The notes: generated by a model from the sequence alone, not told the origin. Counted from the first letter of the stretch, positions 38,248 to 48,060 are shown. The stretch: DNA of 64,000 nt from an uncultured Clostridia bacterium (GCA_934271275.1 CAKQRD010000002.1:99925-163924); one strand, 5' to 3'. Numbers and translations: made by a program.

Positions 38248-40788
38248 TTATTTATTAAATATAGCATCCAATGCCTTAAGCTCGGTATAGCATTCATTTA
38301 AAATTTCTATTGTTGGTTCAATCCTTGCTTGTGGCGAAGAACTATGTGCCGGAATAAATCTGCAGACCTTAGAAAATAGAGCAGAAATTCTACAACCACT
38401 ATTTTTCAAAGCGTCTGTGTTTATGTTTTCGAATTTTGTCATTTTTATATCTGGCTCATATCTATTTATGGTCCCATTAAAAACTTTTTCTGCGACCATA
38501 AGCTCTAAAGCACTTCTCATATAACTGAAGCAATCATAAATATGATTCTTGTTTTCTCTTAAATCCGCTTTATTGGAGACTAAAGAATTCACTTTAGATT
38601 TGTAATATTTATATGTTTCAATGTTTGGAAATTCATATTTAATTTGCCCTGTATAAGGTTTTCCATCTATATTGCCTCTTTCAAGACAAATAAAAGTGTG
38701 CTCTTCATTGTCAAGGATTTCCTTTGCATATTTAGATAAAAAACCTACAAAAACCAAATTGTGTGTTAATATTATAATTTGTTTTTTTTGTGATAACTGA
38801 ACTAAAACTCGGGCAACTGTTTCCATTCTTTGCAAATCCAAACTATTAACTGGATCATCCAAAACTAAAACATTATCCTTGTCCTCTATTAAGTTTTCTG
38901 CTATAAAATGAGACAAAGCTATTACTTTTTGTTCGCCCTCGCTCAATATACTACTTAAATCATATTTTTTATCAAGAAAAGTTTGTTTTAATGAAAGTTT
39001 TGATGCGACAATGTTGGGGGCAAAGTTTATATTTTTAGGCGCTTCAAGACGAACTAATTGTTCCTCTAAGCAAAGGGTAAACTTTTCTTTGTATTGGGTC
39101 GATAATATTTTTGATTGAATAGCAGACAAACTACTATTAGAGATTTTAGATAAAGGATTTAGGTTTAGTTGTTCGTTTATATTTGAAATAATAGCTTCTA
39201 CGTTCTTTAATAAAATTGCGATACTGTTATATTCATTTAACTGAGCTCGATTATCACTTATCTCTTTCTCAATATTATCTTTTTGTTTATTAAGTATACT
39301 AATTTCTTCAATATACTTCTGTAAAGTCGCGTCTAATATGCTTTTGAAAAATCTTAAGTCACAAGAAGAATCAAAGTCTCCTAAATTTGAAAGAGGGTTA
39401 TAATCTAATCTAACTAATTTTTGTAGAATTGTTGTAACTTTAATTACTTCTTTATAAAAATCACTATCTTCATTTTCAAAAAAAGGTACTATTTGTCCTA
39501 TTTCGCTTATACAACTTTTTATTTTATCTTTAAATTTGTGTATTTTGTCAACTATTATGTTGATTTTTGCAGAGTTATCATTAGTAATAAATCTTGAATA
39601 AGACGATAGCAAGTCTTTTGCCTCTTCATTAATTGCTTGTCCACAAAAAATACAAGTTTCTTCTTCTTCAAAACTAATTCCATTCCTCGACTTAAGGAAT
39701 TTATCAGCTACAAGTAAAAACTCCTTAAATAGTTCCTTTTGTTTTTCCTCCAAATTAAGTCCCGTTACAAAATCTTCAATCTTTACATTACCAGATATTA
39801 ATTCGCTTGCTTTAATTAATTCACTTTTATATTCTTGCCAAAATTCTTTATTTTGTAATCCTGAAGATAGAAAAATTAAATTACTTAATTCTTCTATTTT
39901 GCTCTTTAATTTTTGTTTATTGCGTATTTGGAGTATGATTACATCTGTATTTAACATTGATGTTTTTTTGTTTAATTCTTCTAACTTTGCCTCAACAACA
40001 TCTAAATTATAACTGTTATTATTAATAAAGTCTTCGATATTTTTCCGAGCGTTTCCTACTCTCATAATCGAATCAATTAGTAAGTGAACTTTCGTTCCAT
40101 CAATGATCCCAAACAAGGTCATATCAGACTTTAATTGTGCTATACGTTCTTTTGCTTTTTTTGCCAAATCGCTTGTTGCCACATTAATTATGTTAAAAAA
40201 ATTAAAGTCTTGGGGCATAAAAAGAATTTCTTTTTTATTTCCCAAAGAAAACTTAACACAATTAGAGTTGAATATTTTTAAATTAAGATTACGACAATTG
40301 GTTTTACTCCAAACGAAAGTTTCTTCTGTATTCCCATGTGTAATAGTAACATCCGCTGATTGCAATCCTATATCATCTTCTAAAAGATTGGTGTAAATTG
40401 TATTTTCCGAATCCAAAGAATTACCCATTGATTTAACAATTCTTACATACCCAGTTTTTCCCGTACCATTTGGACCATAAACGACTGTTAAGTTATTGTT
40501 AAAATTCATTTCCTGATTATTTAAGAGAAGGTTAACGTTTTTAACATTCTTTATAGAATTTAAGAATAATTTCGATGAAGGTTCACTTTCTAATTTCTTA
40601 AATATTATAGCAGGAAAAGAATTTGATATGTAGCAATTGATAATATTATCTAATTCTTCTTGTGAAATTTCTTCATATTTAAAGCAGAGATTTAATAGAT
40701 ATTGTGCCCAATATCCATTCGAATTTGCCCATGTTATTAATTTATCATATATATTTTCCATCATACTTCCCTTTGTACTTCTTATCAA
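38248..40788 (-). CDS. Rad50/RloC-like ABC-type ATPase with a coiled-coil insert, a CxxC hook-like motif, an N-terminal extra domain and a C-terminal extra domain of about 160 aa.
   Basis: Walker A VVYGPNGTGKTGY at about residue 95; a helical insert of about 500 residues containing ETCIFCGQ; ABC signature LSEGEQK; Walker B/D-loop VLVLDDPVNSLD; H-loop ILTHN. The C-terminal domain has a RSALE...H arrangement. Confidence 0.7.
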   Translation of the reverse strand: MIRSTKGSMMENIYDKLITWANSNGYWAQYLLNLCFKYEEISQEELDNIINCYISNSFPAIIFKKLESEPSSKLFLNSIKNVKNVNLLLNNQEMNFNNNLTVVYGPNGTGKTGYVRIVKSMGNSLDSENTIYTNLLEDDIGLQSADVTITHGNTEETFVWSKTNCRNLNLKIFNSNCVKFSLGNKKEILFMPQDFNFFNIINVATSDLAKKAKERIAQLKSDMTLFGIIDGTKVHLLIDSIMRVGNARKNIEDFINNNSYNLDVVEAKLEELNKKTSMLNTDVIILQIRNKQKLKSKIEELSNLIFLSSGLQNKEFWQEYKSELIKASELISGNVKIEDFVTGLNLEEKQKELFKEFLLVADKFLKSRNGISFEEEETCIFCGQAINEEAKDLLSSYSRFITNDNSAKINIIVDKIHKFKDKIKSCISEIGQIVPFFENEDSDFYKEVIKVTTILQKLVRLDYNPLSNLGDFDSSCDLRFFKSILDATLQKYIEEISILNKQKDNIEKEISDNRAQLNEYNSIAILLKNVEAIISNINEQLNLNPLSKISNSSLSAIQSKILSTQYKEKFTLCLEEQLVRLEAPKNINFAPNIVASKLSLKQTFLDKKYDLSSILSEGEQKVIALSHFIAENLIEDKDNVLVLDDPVNSLDLQRMETVARVLVQLSQKKQIIILTHNLVFVGFLSKYAKEILDNEEHTFICLERGNIDGKPYTGQIKYEFPNIETYKYYKSKVNSLVSNKADLRENKNHIYDCFSYMRSALELMVAEKVFNGTINRYEPDIKMTKFENINTDALKNSGCRISALFSKVCRFIPAHSSSPQARIEPTIEILNECYTELKALDAIFNK

Positions 40789-40805
40789 TTTTATTTATTG
40801 TCAAA

Positions 40806-40827
40806 ATAGCAAAATTAATATTGCTAT
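40806..40827. promoter_or_regulatory. Palindrome ATAGCAA-AATTAAT-ATTGCTAT just upstream of the ATPase gene; candidate operator.
   Basis: A perfect 7-bp inverted repeat lying 18 nt upstream of the ATPase start codon. Confidence 0.3.
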
Positions 40828-41085
40828 GTTTTTAATAATTGAATTCGGCAAAAAATTACGCTGTTTAATTTTACGCGTGGAGACATATCACAGTATTCCA
40901 AATTAGTTCATTCATTTGTGACATAGTAAATTTTCTTATCAATTACAGTGCGATTAAGTAAAATCACTTTTTTTATTATTATAGCATATCTTATCAAATA
41001 TTACAAGTCGTTTTTATCACCACACCCAAGAGCAAAAAAAGTTTATTTGCATTATTTTTGAAACTTTTACATATAACAAATTTTT

Positions 41086-42723
41086 CTACACTTCCTGCTC
41101 TACTTCATAGCCGCCGATGAAAATTACTTTTATTTTTTCTTTTGACTCGACTATTACCGCCTTGATTATTTGGCGGACAAGTGTATCGTCGTATATCAGC
41201 GTCCGATTCTTCAACCCGTCGATTAAGTCCATTATTTCGGCTATACGCGATTGATTATTTTTATCCTTTTGATGCTGCTCCGCCAGCCTGTCTAAATCTG
41301 ACTGTAATTTATTTTTCTCTGCCAATAATTCTTCTGCTTTCTTTTCGTCGAACGACTCTATCGTATCCGCGGAAATCGTATTAAACAACTCGTTTATTTC
41401 TTTCTCTATGGTTGCAAGTCTTAACTTAATTTCTATATCTTCACCTTCACACTTCGTGCAGCTAATACCGTTTTCTATATGCGTTTTTAGATTTTTAAGT
41501 AACTGCGGATCTTGCTGTGCAAATTTTTGTATAGCGTTTACTATCGCTGTCTGTATTCGATTTTCTTCTAATGTGGGCGAGTTATGGCAATATTTCTTAC
41601 CATAGTCCAATCGCTTTACGCAACGCCACACTATCTGTTTTCTTCCGTGTGCCGTCCATGTACATCGTCTGTATGGCGTATGGCATTCTCCGCAGATAAG
41701 CAACTCCGTCAGAGCGTACTTACTCGAATACTTACCCTGCTCTGTTTTTGTACCGATTTCTTTAATCTTTTTCTTTCCGATTCTTCTTGCGAGTTCTTCT
41801 TGAACTCTGCCAAACGTTTCGGCATCGATTATAGCGGGATGACTGTTTTCAACGTAATATTTAGGGCGTTCACCCCTGTTTTTACGAACTTCTTTAGTTA
41901 AACAGTCTACCGTAAACGTTTTGTTTATAATAGCGTCGCCCTTATATTTTTCGTTCGAAAGTATCGAACGAATCGTTGACGTACTCCATTCTTTTTTCCC
42001 CGCCGGGGACAGCCTCTGTTCGTTTTGTAGTCTCTCAGCAATTTGTTTCAAACTATCGCCGACAAGGAATCTATCGTATATCATTCTTACCGTTTCAGCC
42101 TGCTCTTCGTCTATTTCGGGCTTATCGTCCGCACCTTTACGATAGCCGAGAAAGTTTTTGTAAGAAAATACGACTTTCCCTTCTTTCGCACTTTGCAGTT
42201 TACCCCATTTTACGTTAGCGCTTATATTTTCCGATTCGCTCTGCGCTATCGTTCCGTATATCGAGATATAGAATTCGGCATCCGACTTTATACTGTGTAT
42301 CCCTTGCTCTTCGAAAAACACATCAACCCCTAACGCTTTCAGCATTCGCGTATAATGCAGGCAGTCTACCGTATTCCTTGCAAATCTTGAAATCGACTTC
42401 ACTAAAATCATATCGATTTTCTTATTTTTGCAGAGTTTTATCATCTTGTTGAACTCATCGCGTTTCAGCACGCTCGTTCCCGTAATGCCCTTGTCGGCAA
42501 AAATGCCCACCATTTGCCATTCGGGATTGGAATTGATTTTCTCGGTATAGAATTTCTTTTGTACTTCGTAACTGTTTAGTTGTTCTTCCTGCTTTGTCGA
42601 AACTCGACAATAAGCCGCAACACGAATTCGGCGGTACGATTGAAATGTGTTTTCTTGCACATTTATTGCTTCGTGAATCAGTCGTACTTTCTTTTCTCTT
42701 GTGTTTTCAGCTATGTTTTCCAT
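41086..42723 (-). CDS. Large serine recombinase (resolvase catalytic domain, recombinase domain and zinc-ribbon).
   Basis: VAAYCRVSTKQEEQ catalytic Ser motif; recombinase domain begins ...FLGY; Cys-rich zinc beta-ribbon (CGECHTPYRRC...C); C-terminal coiled coil. Confidence 0.85.
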   Translation of the reverse strand: MENIAENTREKKVRLIHEAINVQENTFQSYRRIRVAAYCRVSTKQEEQLNSYEVQKKFYTEKINSNPEWQMVGIFADKGITGTSVLKRDEFNKMIKLCKNKKIDMILVKSISRFARNTVDCLHYTRMLKALGVDVFFEEQGIHSIKSDAEFYISIYGTIAQSESENISANVKWGKLQSAKEGKVVFSYKNFLGYRKGADDKPEIDEEQAETVRMIYDRFLVGDSLKQIAERLQNEQRLSPAGKKEWSTSTIRSILSNEKYKGDAIINKTFTVDCLTKEVRKNRGERPKYYVENSHPAIIDAETFGRVQEELARRIGKKKIKEIGTKTEQGKYSSKYALTELLICGECHTPYRRCTWTAHGRKQIVWRCVKRLDYGKKYCHNSPTLEENRIQTAIVNAIQKFAQQDPQLLKNLKTHIENGISCTKCEGEDIEIKLRLATIEKEINELFNTISADTIESFDEKKAEELLAEKNKLQSDLDRLAEQHQKDKNNQSRIAEIMDLIDGLKNRTLIYDDTLVRQIIKAVIVESKEKIKVIFIGGYEVEQEV

Positions 42724-42724
42724 T

Positions 42725-43573
42725 TTAGCTCCTTATCTCTTGCCCGTTTATCAGAACGATTGCGACATCGCCGTCGGGATAAAGTTTTATAGATTCCGCA
42801 ATCGAGCTTAACAATTTGGGTGAAAATTTCATCTGTAACGGGGTATTTTTAAGAGTATTTTTTATTCTCATAGTCTTACCCACGTTTTTATCAACGCTTT
42901 TATATAGTTCATAAAAATAGCTGTTTAACTTATTGCGTATACTCTCTTCGTTACTGCGTGGATTTACATACAGGTTTTCTATTTCATTTTCGAGCAATAC
43001 AAGTTTAGTGTTGTCTCCTTTTTCTTGCGAAGTATACTCGATGTCATTGTTTTTTTCGATTAACATGTTCACGATATCTATAAGACAATTTATAAGTGCT
43101 TCGTCTTTAATCGTTATTATTTTTCGGCATTCCTTATTACTACAATACCATTTTTCGGGATCCTTTTTCCGACAATCACATTTTCTTTTCATGATACTGC
43201 CGCACACAGGGCATTTTATAGGCACGCCTATGCGATGCACTTCTTTATCGAGAAAATCTTCCTTTATCGTTCGCTTTTGACTATTCAAAGACTGCGCGGC
43301 ATAAAATACCGACTTATCTATCAGCGGCGGGAATCTATCCGCTCCTATATACCGTTCATCCTTCACAACCCTTAGAACCCGTGACTTGTTCCATTCATAC
43401 CTGTTCGGCACATATTCGATTCGCCTTTTCGTCAGGTCGTTTGCTATTGCCAAAACGGTTTCGCGTTTCAGATACCTTGTATAGATTTCAACGACTATCT
43501 TGGATTCCTTTTCTTCTATAACTTTTTGACCGTTTTCGACCTTGTACCCGAACAGCATATTTCGTTTTTTCAT
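42725..43573 (-). CDS. Serine-recombinase C-terminal fragment (recombinase domain plus zinc-ribbon only; no catalytic domain).
   Basis: Starts MKKRNMLFGYKVENG..., which is the start of the recombinase domain. CPVCGS...C zinc ribbon. Confidence 0.65.
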   Translation of the reverse strand: MKKRNMLFGYKVENGQKVIEEKESKIVVEIYTRYLKRETVLAIANDLTKRRIEYVPNRYEWNKSRVLRVVKDERYIGADRFPPLIDKSVFYAAQSLNSQKRTIKEDFLDKEVHRIGVPIKCPVCGSIMKRKCDCRKKDPEKWYCSNKECRKIITIKDEALINCLIDIVNMLIEKNNDIEYTSQEKGDNTKLVLLENEIENLYVNPRSNEESIRNKLNSYFYELYKSVDKNVGKTMRIKNTLKNTPLQMKFSPKLLSSIAESIKLYPDGDVAIVLINGQEIRS

Positions 43574-45105
43574 TTACTAACCTCTTCTTCGATTTTTAGT
43601 CCGCCAATTAAGCAGAAGGTTATAACGTTATCGGCGCCTATGATTATCTTTTCAACCATCGAATTAAATGTCTCCTCGTTAAACTCCGAGATAGATGGTG
43701 TATTTTGTATTATTTCATTTAGCTCACTTATTTCACCAACCTGATTATCTCGTCCTTCCCCGATCAATTTTTTCCGCGCGGCCCTTAATTCTGCCAGTTT
43801 CGCATTAATTTCGGAAGCCCGCTCATTATAGTCCGCAACGGATAACGAACCATTCGTATATAACCTTGTTATTACGAGATTTTTTGCGCTTAAATTTGCC
43901 ACTTTTATGTCTATTTCTTTGATTTTTTCATCAATGTCCGATACTGATTCATTCAAACGATTAATCTCGAAGATATATTTCTCTATTATTTCGGTTCTAT
44001 ATGCCTTCAGTGTATTGAAAACATTTATGAATGCATTACAAACTGCGTTTTCGCTTATTCTTTTACTTTTACAATGCGAGACGCCTGTTGATGTCCGCAT
44101 ACAATTCCATGATACTTTTTGCCCGTTAATATTTTCTCGTCTATATACACCACCGCATTCGGCACAGTAAATTTTATCGGATAACGGATATTTAATCTTT
44201 GTACCAATCGTTCTGCCCTTTTCCTTCCGAAGTTGTTGCACTTTTTCAAACGTTTCTTTCGATATAATCGGTATATTGCTGTTTTCAACGTAGTATTTAG
44301 GCTTTTGCCCCACGTTTTTAATCTTCTTATGCGGAAATATATCGGTTGTACATTTCTTTTGCAATACCGCGTCACCCATATAACGTTCGTTGTTAAAAAT
44401 ATACAATAAATTGCTTTTATACCACTTTTTATCATTATATCGTTTCTTTATATTGTTATCGTTCAGAATATCGACGATTTGTTGCATTCCGTATCCATGA
44501 AGATACAGATCGTATATTTCTCTTACAATTACAGCTTCCTCTTCATCAACCTGCAATTCGCCGTCTACAAACTTAAACCCGAACGGTGTTCGGGTACAGT
44601 TATACTCACCCGATTCCATTCGTTTTTTATAACTCCAACGTAAATTCCCCGATATGGTTTCGCTTTCTTTCTGCGCTGCCATACCGGGGAACGTTACTAT
44701 CATTTCTATATTCAGTTTATCAGTATCTATTTTCTGTTCTTCAAAATATACGCTTACGCCTACGCTTTTCAACAATCGTAACACTGTGAGCAATTCTTCC
44801 GTGTTTCTTGCGAACCGTGACACGGATTTAGTTATTATTTTATCTATTTTTCCGCGCTTGCAATCGTCAATCATACGAAGAAACTCGTCGCGTTTTTTCA
44901 TTTCAGTACCGCTCAAGCCCTCGTCGAAATACATATCTACAAGCTCGCATTCGGGACGCTCATTGAAAAATTCTTTATAATACCGTATTTGCGCAGCAAA
45001 GGAGTGCAACTGCTCTAACGATTTACTAGATACTCTCCCGTAAGCAGCCCATCGCTCTTTTCTTTCGGATTGTATAGTTTTTGGCGTTATATCAGTTATT
45101 TGCAT
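43570..45105 (-). CDS. Large serine recombinase (full length).
   Basis: WAAYGRVSSKSLEQ catalytic motif; recombinase domain; CAECGGVYRR...C zinc ribbon. The start was moved to the Met of MQITDITPK. Confidence 0.82.
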   Translation of the reverse strand: MQITDITPKTIQSERKERWAAYGRVSSKSLEQLHSFAAQIRYYKEFFNERPECELVDMYFDEGLSGTEMKKRDEFLRMIDDCKRGKIDKIITKSVSRFARNTEELLTVLRLLKSVGVSVYFEEQKIDTDKLNIEMIVTFPGMAAQKESETISGNLRWSYKKRMESGEYNCTRTPFGFKFVDGELQVDEEEAVIVREIYDLYLHGYGMQQIVDILNDNNIKKRYNDKKWYKSNLLYIFNNERYMGDAVLQKKCTTDIFPHKKIKNVGQKPKYYVENSNIPIISKETFEKVQQLRKEKGRTIGTKIKYPLSDKIYCAECGGVYRRENINGQKVSWNCMRTSTGVSHCKSKRISENAVCNAFINVFNTLKAYRTEIIEKYIFEINRLNESVSDIDEKIKEIDIKVANLSAKNLVITRLYTNGSLSVADYNERASEINAKLAELRAARKKLIGEGRDNQVGEISELNEIIQNTPSISEFNEETFNSMVEKIIIGADNVITFCLIGGLKIEEEVSK

Positions 45106-45263
45106 ATTTCCTCCTTTCGGCAACACAAACAATATCATATCATGGCTTTTCAGTCCAGCGTTTAGCAATATCTTTTTTGTGCAACCTTATTTTCTACCTT
45201 TTATACGAAAAACGGCGTTTTATCTATTAAATTTAGACAAAACGCCGCTCTTTAAGCTTCCGG

Positions 45264-45701
45264 TTACAACCCCATCTGCATTTTAGGTCCGTGGTCGTAT
45301 TTTGTCGCGAAGAATTCTCCGTCTGAGGTTATAGTGTGAAGGTTTTGCTTTTCAAAATATACGTCCACGCCGTAATCTTTCAGTTCTTTCGTATACTGCA
45401 ACATTTCGAGCGTATTCCGTGCGAACTTTGAAACTGATTCCGCTATTATCATATCTACTTTATTCTGTCTGCATAATTCTAACATTTTATTAAACTCGAT
45501 TCGTTTATCAGCCTCTGCCCCTACCGTTTTATCGTCGATAAATATTCCGACAATCTCCCAATCCGGATTTGCTTTTATTTTATCTGTATAATAACGCTTT
45601 TGAGTCTCATAATCGGGTTCATCTTGATTCTTTGTAATCACGCCATATGCCGCGACTTTAAATTTACTTTGCTGTTGACTTTTGTTTTCTTCTTGATTCA
45701 T
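45264..45701 (-). pseudogene. Serine-recombinase N-terminal (resolvase) domain fragment with the catalytic Ser replaced (AAYGVITK in place of AAYxRVSxK); probably inactive.
   Basis: 145 aa. Aligns to the resolvase domains of the two full-length recombinases up to ...FEKQNLHTITSDGEFFATKYD, then runs into unrelated sequence and stops. Confidence 0.55.
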
Positions 45702-45874
45702 TGTTTTTCTCCTTATACATTTTTTGTTAATCTACTATTATCCGCTCACACTTATAATGCTTCGCGGACAGTCGGACAATTCTTTTATACTCATCTTCCG
45801 TTATTAAACCGGAGCGTAACAACAGCCGTAACATATTTATACAATAATAGAACGCGGCGTTATTCTTATCCTGT

Positions 45875-46240
45875 TCAGCCGCCATCTTTATCTCCCGCTT
45901 GGTTTAAGCCAAGGCTTACGCTTATCGCTTCGTTTATCTCTTTTACGGTCGCTCCGTCGAGTTCTCCGACGTACTTTATAAGCCGACTTTTATCTATCGT
46001 CCGTATCTGTTCCAGCAAGGCAAGCGATTTCCTCTCTACCCCGCAGTTAATCACCTCGACATGCGTCGGAAGCTTTGCTTTTTCCTCTTTACTCGTTATC
46101 GCAGCCACTATCGTCGTCGGACTATGTTTGTTGCCCGTATCGTTCTGTATAACGAGTACAGGTCGTATCCCGCCCTGTTCGCTGCCTCTTACGGGATTTA
46201 AATCCGCATAATATATTTCGTTTCTCTTTATTTCTTTCAT
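45875..46240 (-). CDS. mazF: MazF/EndoA-family endoribonuclease toxin; second copy, island-borne, with no adjacent antitoxin.
   Basis: EIYYADLNPVRGSEQGGIRPVLVIQNDTGNKHSPTTIVAAITS...KLPTHVEV...LLEQIRTIDKSRL. About 60% identical to the copy at 31985. Confidence 0.8.
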   Translation of the reverse strand: MKEIKRNEIYYADLNPVRGSEQGGIRPVLVIQNDTGNKHSPTTIVAAITSKEEKAKLPTHVEVINCGVERKSLALLEQIRTIDKSRLIKYVGELDGATVKEINEAISVSLGLNQAGDKDGG

Positions 46241-46296
46241 ATCTCTTAAAAATTTTACGGGCTTGCCTTTTTTGACAAGCCCGTATCGACTTTTCC

Positions 46297-47679
46297 TTAA
46301 TACGCGTGAGTATATAACATCTTTATCTTTGCGTATAACACAATATCACCGACGGAATTACCCGAAATCGTTCCGTTAAACGGTTGCGTTAAATTCCAGT
46401 CCAAATACCAACCCTCGAACAGATACTCCGCAGGTCCTACGCCTCCGCCGGAATGATACTCTCCTCCACACATAAATCTCGATTTAAGCGTGCTTACCTT
46501 TATATCTCCCGCGCCGTGCGTGTACGTTTCGGGATAAACGCCGCCGTCCACCTTACTCAGTCCGTATTCTGAACCTATCTCGAATAACCCGAGCGTAGAA
46601 GAGCTTTGCCCTTTAAGATAGGTTATCTTATACTCTTTTTTACTCTCGTCGAACACAAAGCCCGTTCTGTCAAGAGATATGCTTTCTATCTTGCCCTGTG
46701 TTTTTACAAGCGTCGTATCGATATCGAACGTATATCTCGTAAGAACGTTTTCATTCTCGTCTTTAAGATATATAATCGCAGTGGAATACAGATTAGAGGT
46801 TATTGCAGTTATTACCTTGTTATGGTTTTCAATCGACAATCCGTCTACAACATCCTTATTAAGAAAACCCGTTATGGTAAAGCCGTTGCCGGTTACCGTC
46901 GCCGTCGGGGCGTTGCCTGCATTCGCTTTGATATTATTCAATGCGGCAACAAACGAAGCTTTATACGCCACTGTCAAAACTGCGGGCTTTACTATTTCGT
47001 TGTCGTCGAGAGCGACGGTAAATACCGTTGATTTGTTATACGAATAACCGACGGTTATAACGTTGTCGCTATTTAAATCCGCCACGAGCTTACCTGTCTT
47101 TCTCGAAGTGTTTACCGTAGGCGACTTTCCTTCCTGCGCAACCGATAAATCATAAGATATCAGTTGTTGCTTGTAATCAAGAATACACGAAGCCGTTGCC
47201 GCGGCGTTCTCTCTTGCCGTTACGGTTAATTTTATCTGCTCGCCGAAAGCGTTGAAACACGAAACGGTAGCAGTTTTTGCTCCGTCTTCCGTTGGAGTTA
47301 CCGTAACGTAATCCGTCACAGTTTTTCCGCTTGCCCATTCAGACTCGGGATTTACGAATTCAATCGACCAGTCCACAGGTCTTGTTGCCGCGGTTATAGG
47401 CGTTACCGTTACGGATACGTTTACCGTAAATTTCGGCGTGGCGTTTGCCGCTTGCAATGCCGCGGGTGCGAACAACATTCTTGCAGGCAGAGAATGGAAC
47501 TCGCCGTCGTTTAATTTGTTGCCGTCGGCATCTATAACGTCGCCTTCGGCTACTATTCCGCCGAGCTCCGCTTGGTCTATCCTCTTAAAACCTTTTGCAA
47601 ACAGTATGCCTGCAAGCGTTAACGTTATTATCGCTACCAGCGATAACATCCATATCGTTATTTTCTTTGTTTTTGTCAC
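46297..47679 (-). CDS. Membrane-anchored surface/secreted protein of unknown function, Thr/Val-rich and beta-rich.
   Basis: N-terminal signal-anchor helix (ITIWMLSLVAIITLTLAGILFA); 460 aa. Confidence 0.45.
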   Translation of the reverse strand: MTKTKKITIWMLSLVAIITLTLAGILFAKGFKRIDQAELGGIVAEGDVIDADGNKLNDGEFHSLPARMLFAPAALQAANATPKFTVNVSVTVTPITAATRPVDWSIEFVNPESEWASGKTVTDYVTVTPTEDGAKTATVSCFNAFGEQIKLTVTARENAAATASCILDYKQQLISYDLSVAQEGKSPTVNTSRKTGKLVADLNSDNVITVGYSYNKSTVFTVALDDNEIVKPAVLTVAYKASFVAALNNIKANAGNAPTATVTGNGFTITGFLNKDVVDGLSIENHNKVITAITSNLYSTAIIYLKDENENVLTRYTFDIDTTLVKTQGKIESISLDRTGFVFDESKKEYKITYLKGQSSSTLGLFEIGSEYGLSKVDGGVYPETYTHGAGDIKVSTLKSRFMCGGEYHSGGGVGPAEYLFEGWYLDWNLTQPFNGTISGNSVGDIVLYAKIKMLYTHAY

Positions 47680-48060
47680 TTTGTTTCTCCTTGACGTAAA
47701 GTCTGTTTATTGTTTTTGTGTTTTGCTATATGCTTTTGTCGCGCCTTTCGGTTGTTTCTTTAACCCATAGGGATTTCACCTCCCCGCGGTTCTCGCCGGG
47801 ATGCCCTCTTTGGTTGCGACGGCTCACGGAGTTATCCCCCGCTTCTACGCTCGACCTGAGACTGGACGTAAGTATCTTTAATTCTCTCGCTTGTCATCGC
47901 CTTATTATCGAAATTCTTCGGTATCATTACGGCTTGTCCGTTTCCGCGGACGGCGAAAGGAATGTTAAAAGACGCGTACTCTATTTAATTTTTTTCGAGG
48001 AATAAAAAATAGCCCCTCACTTTTCATGCCGAAAAATGAGAAGGGCTACAACCAAAAATT

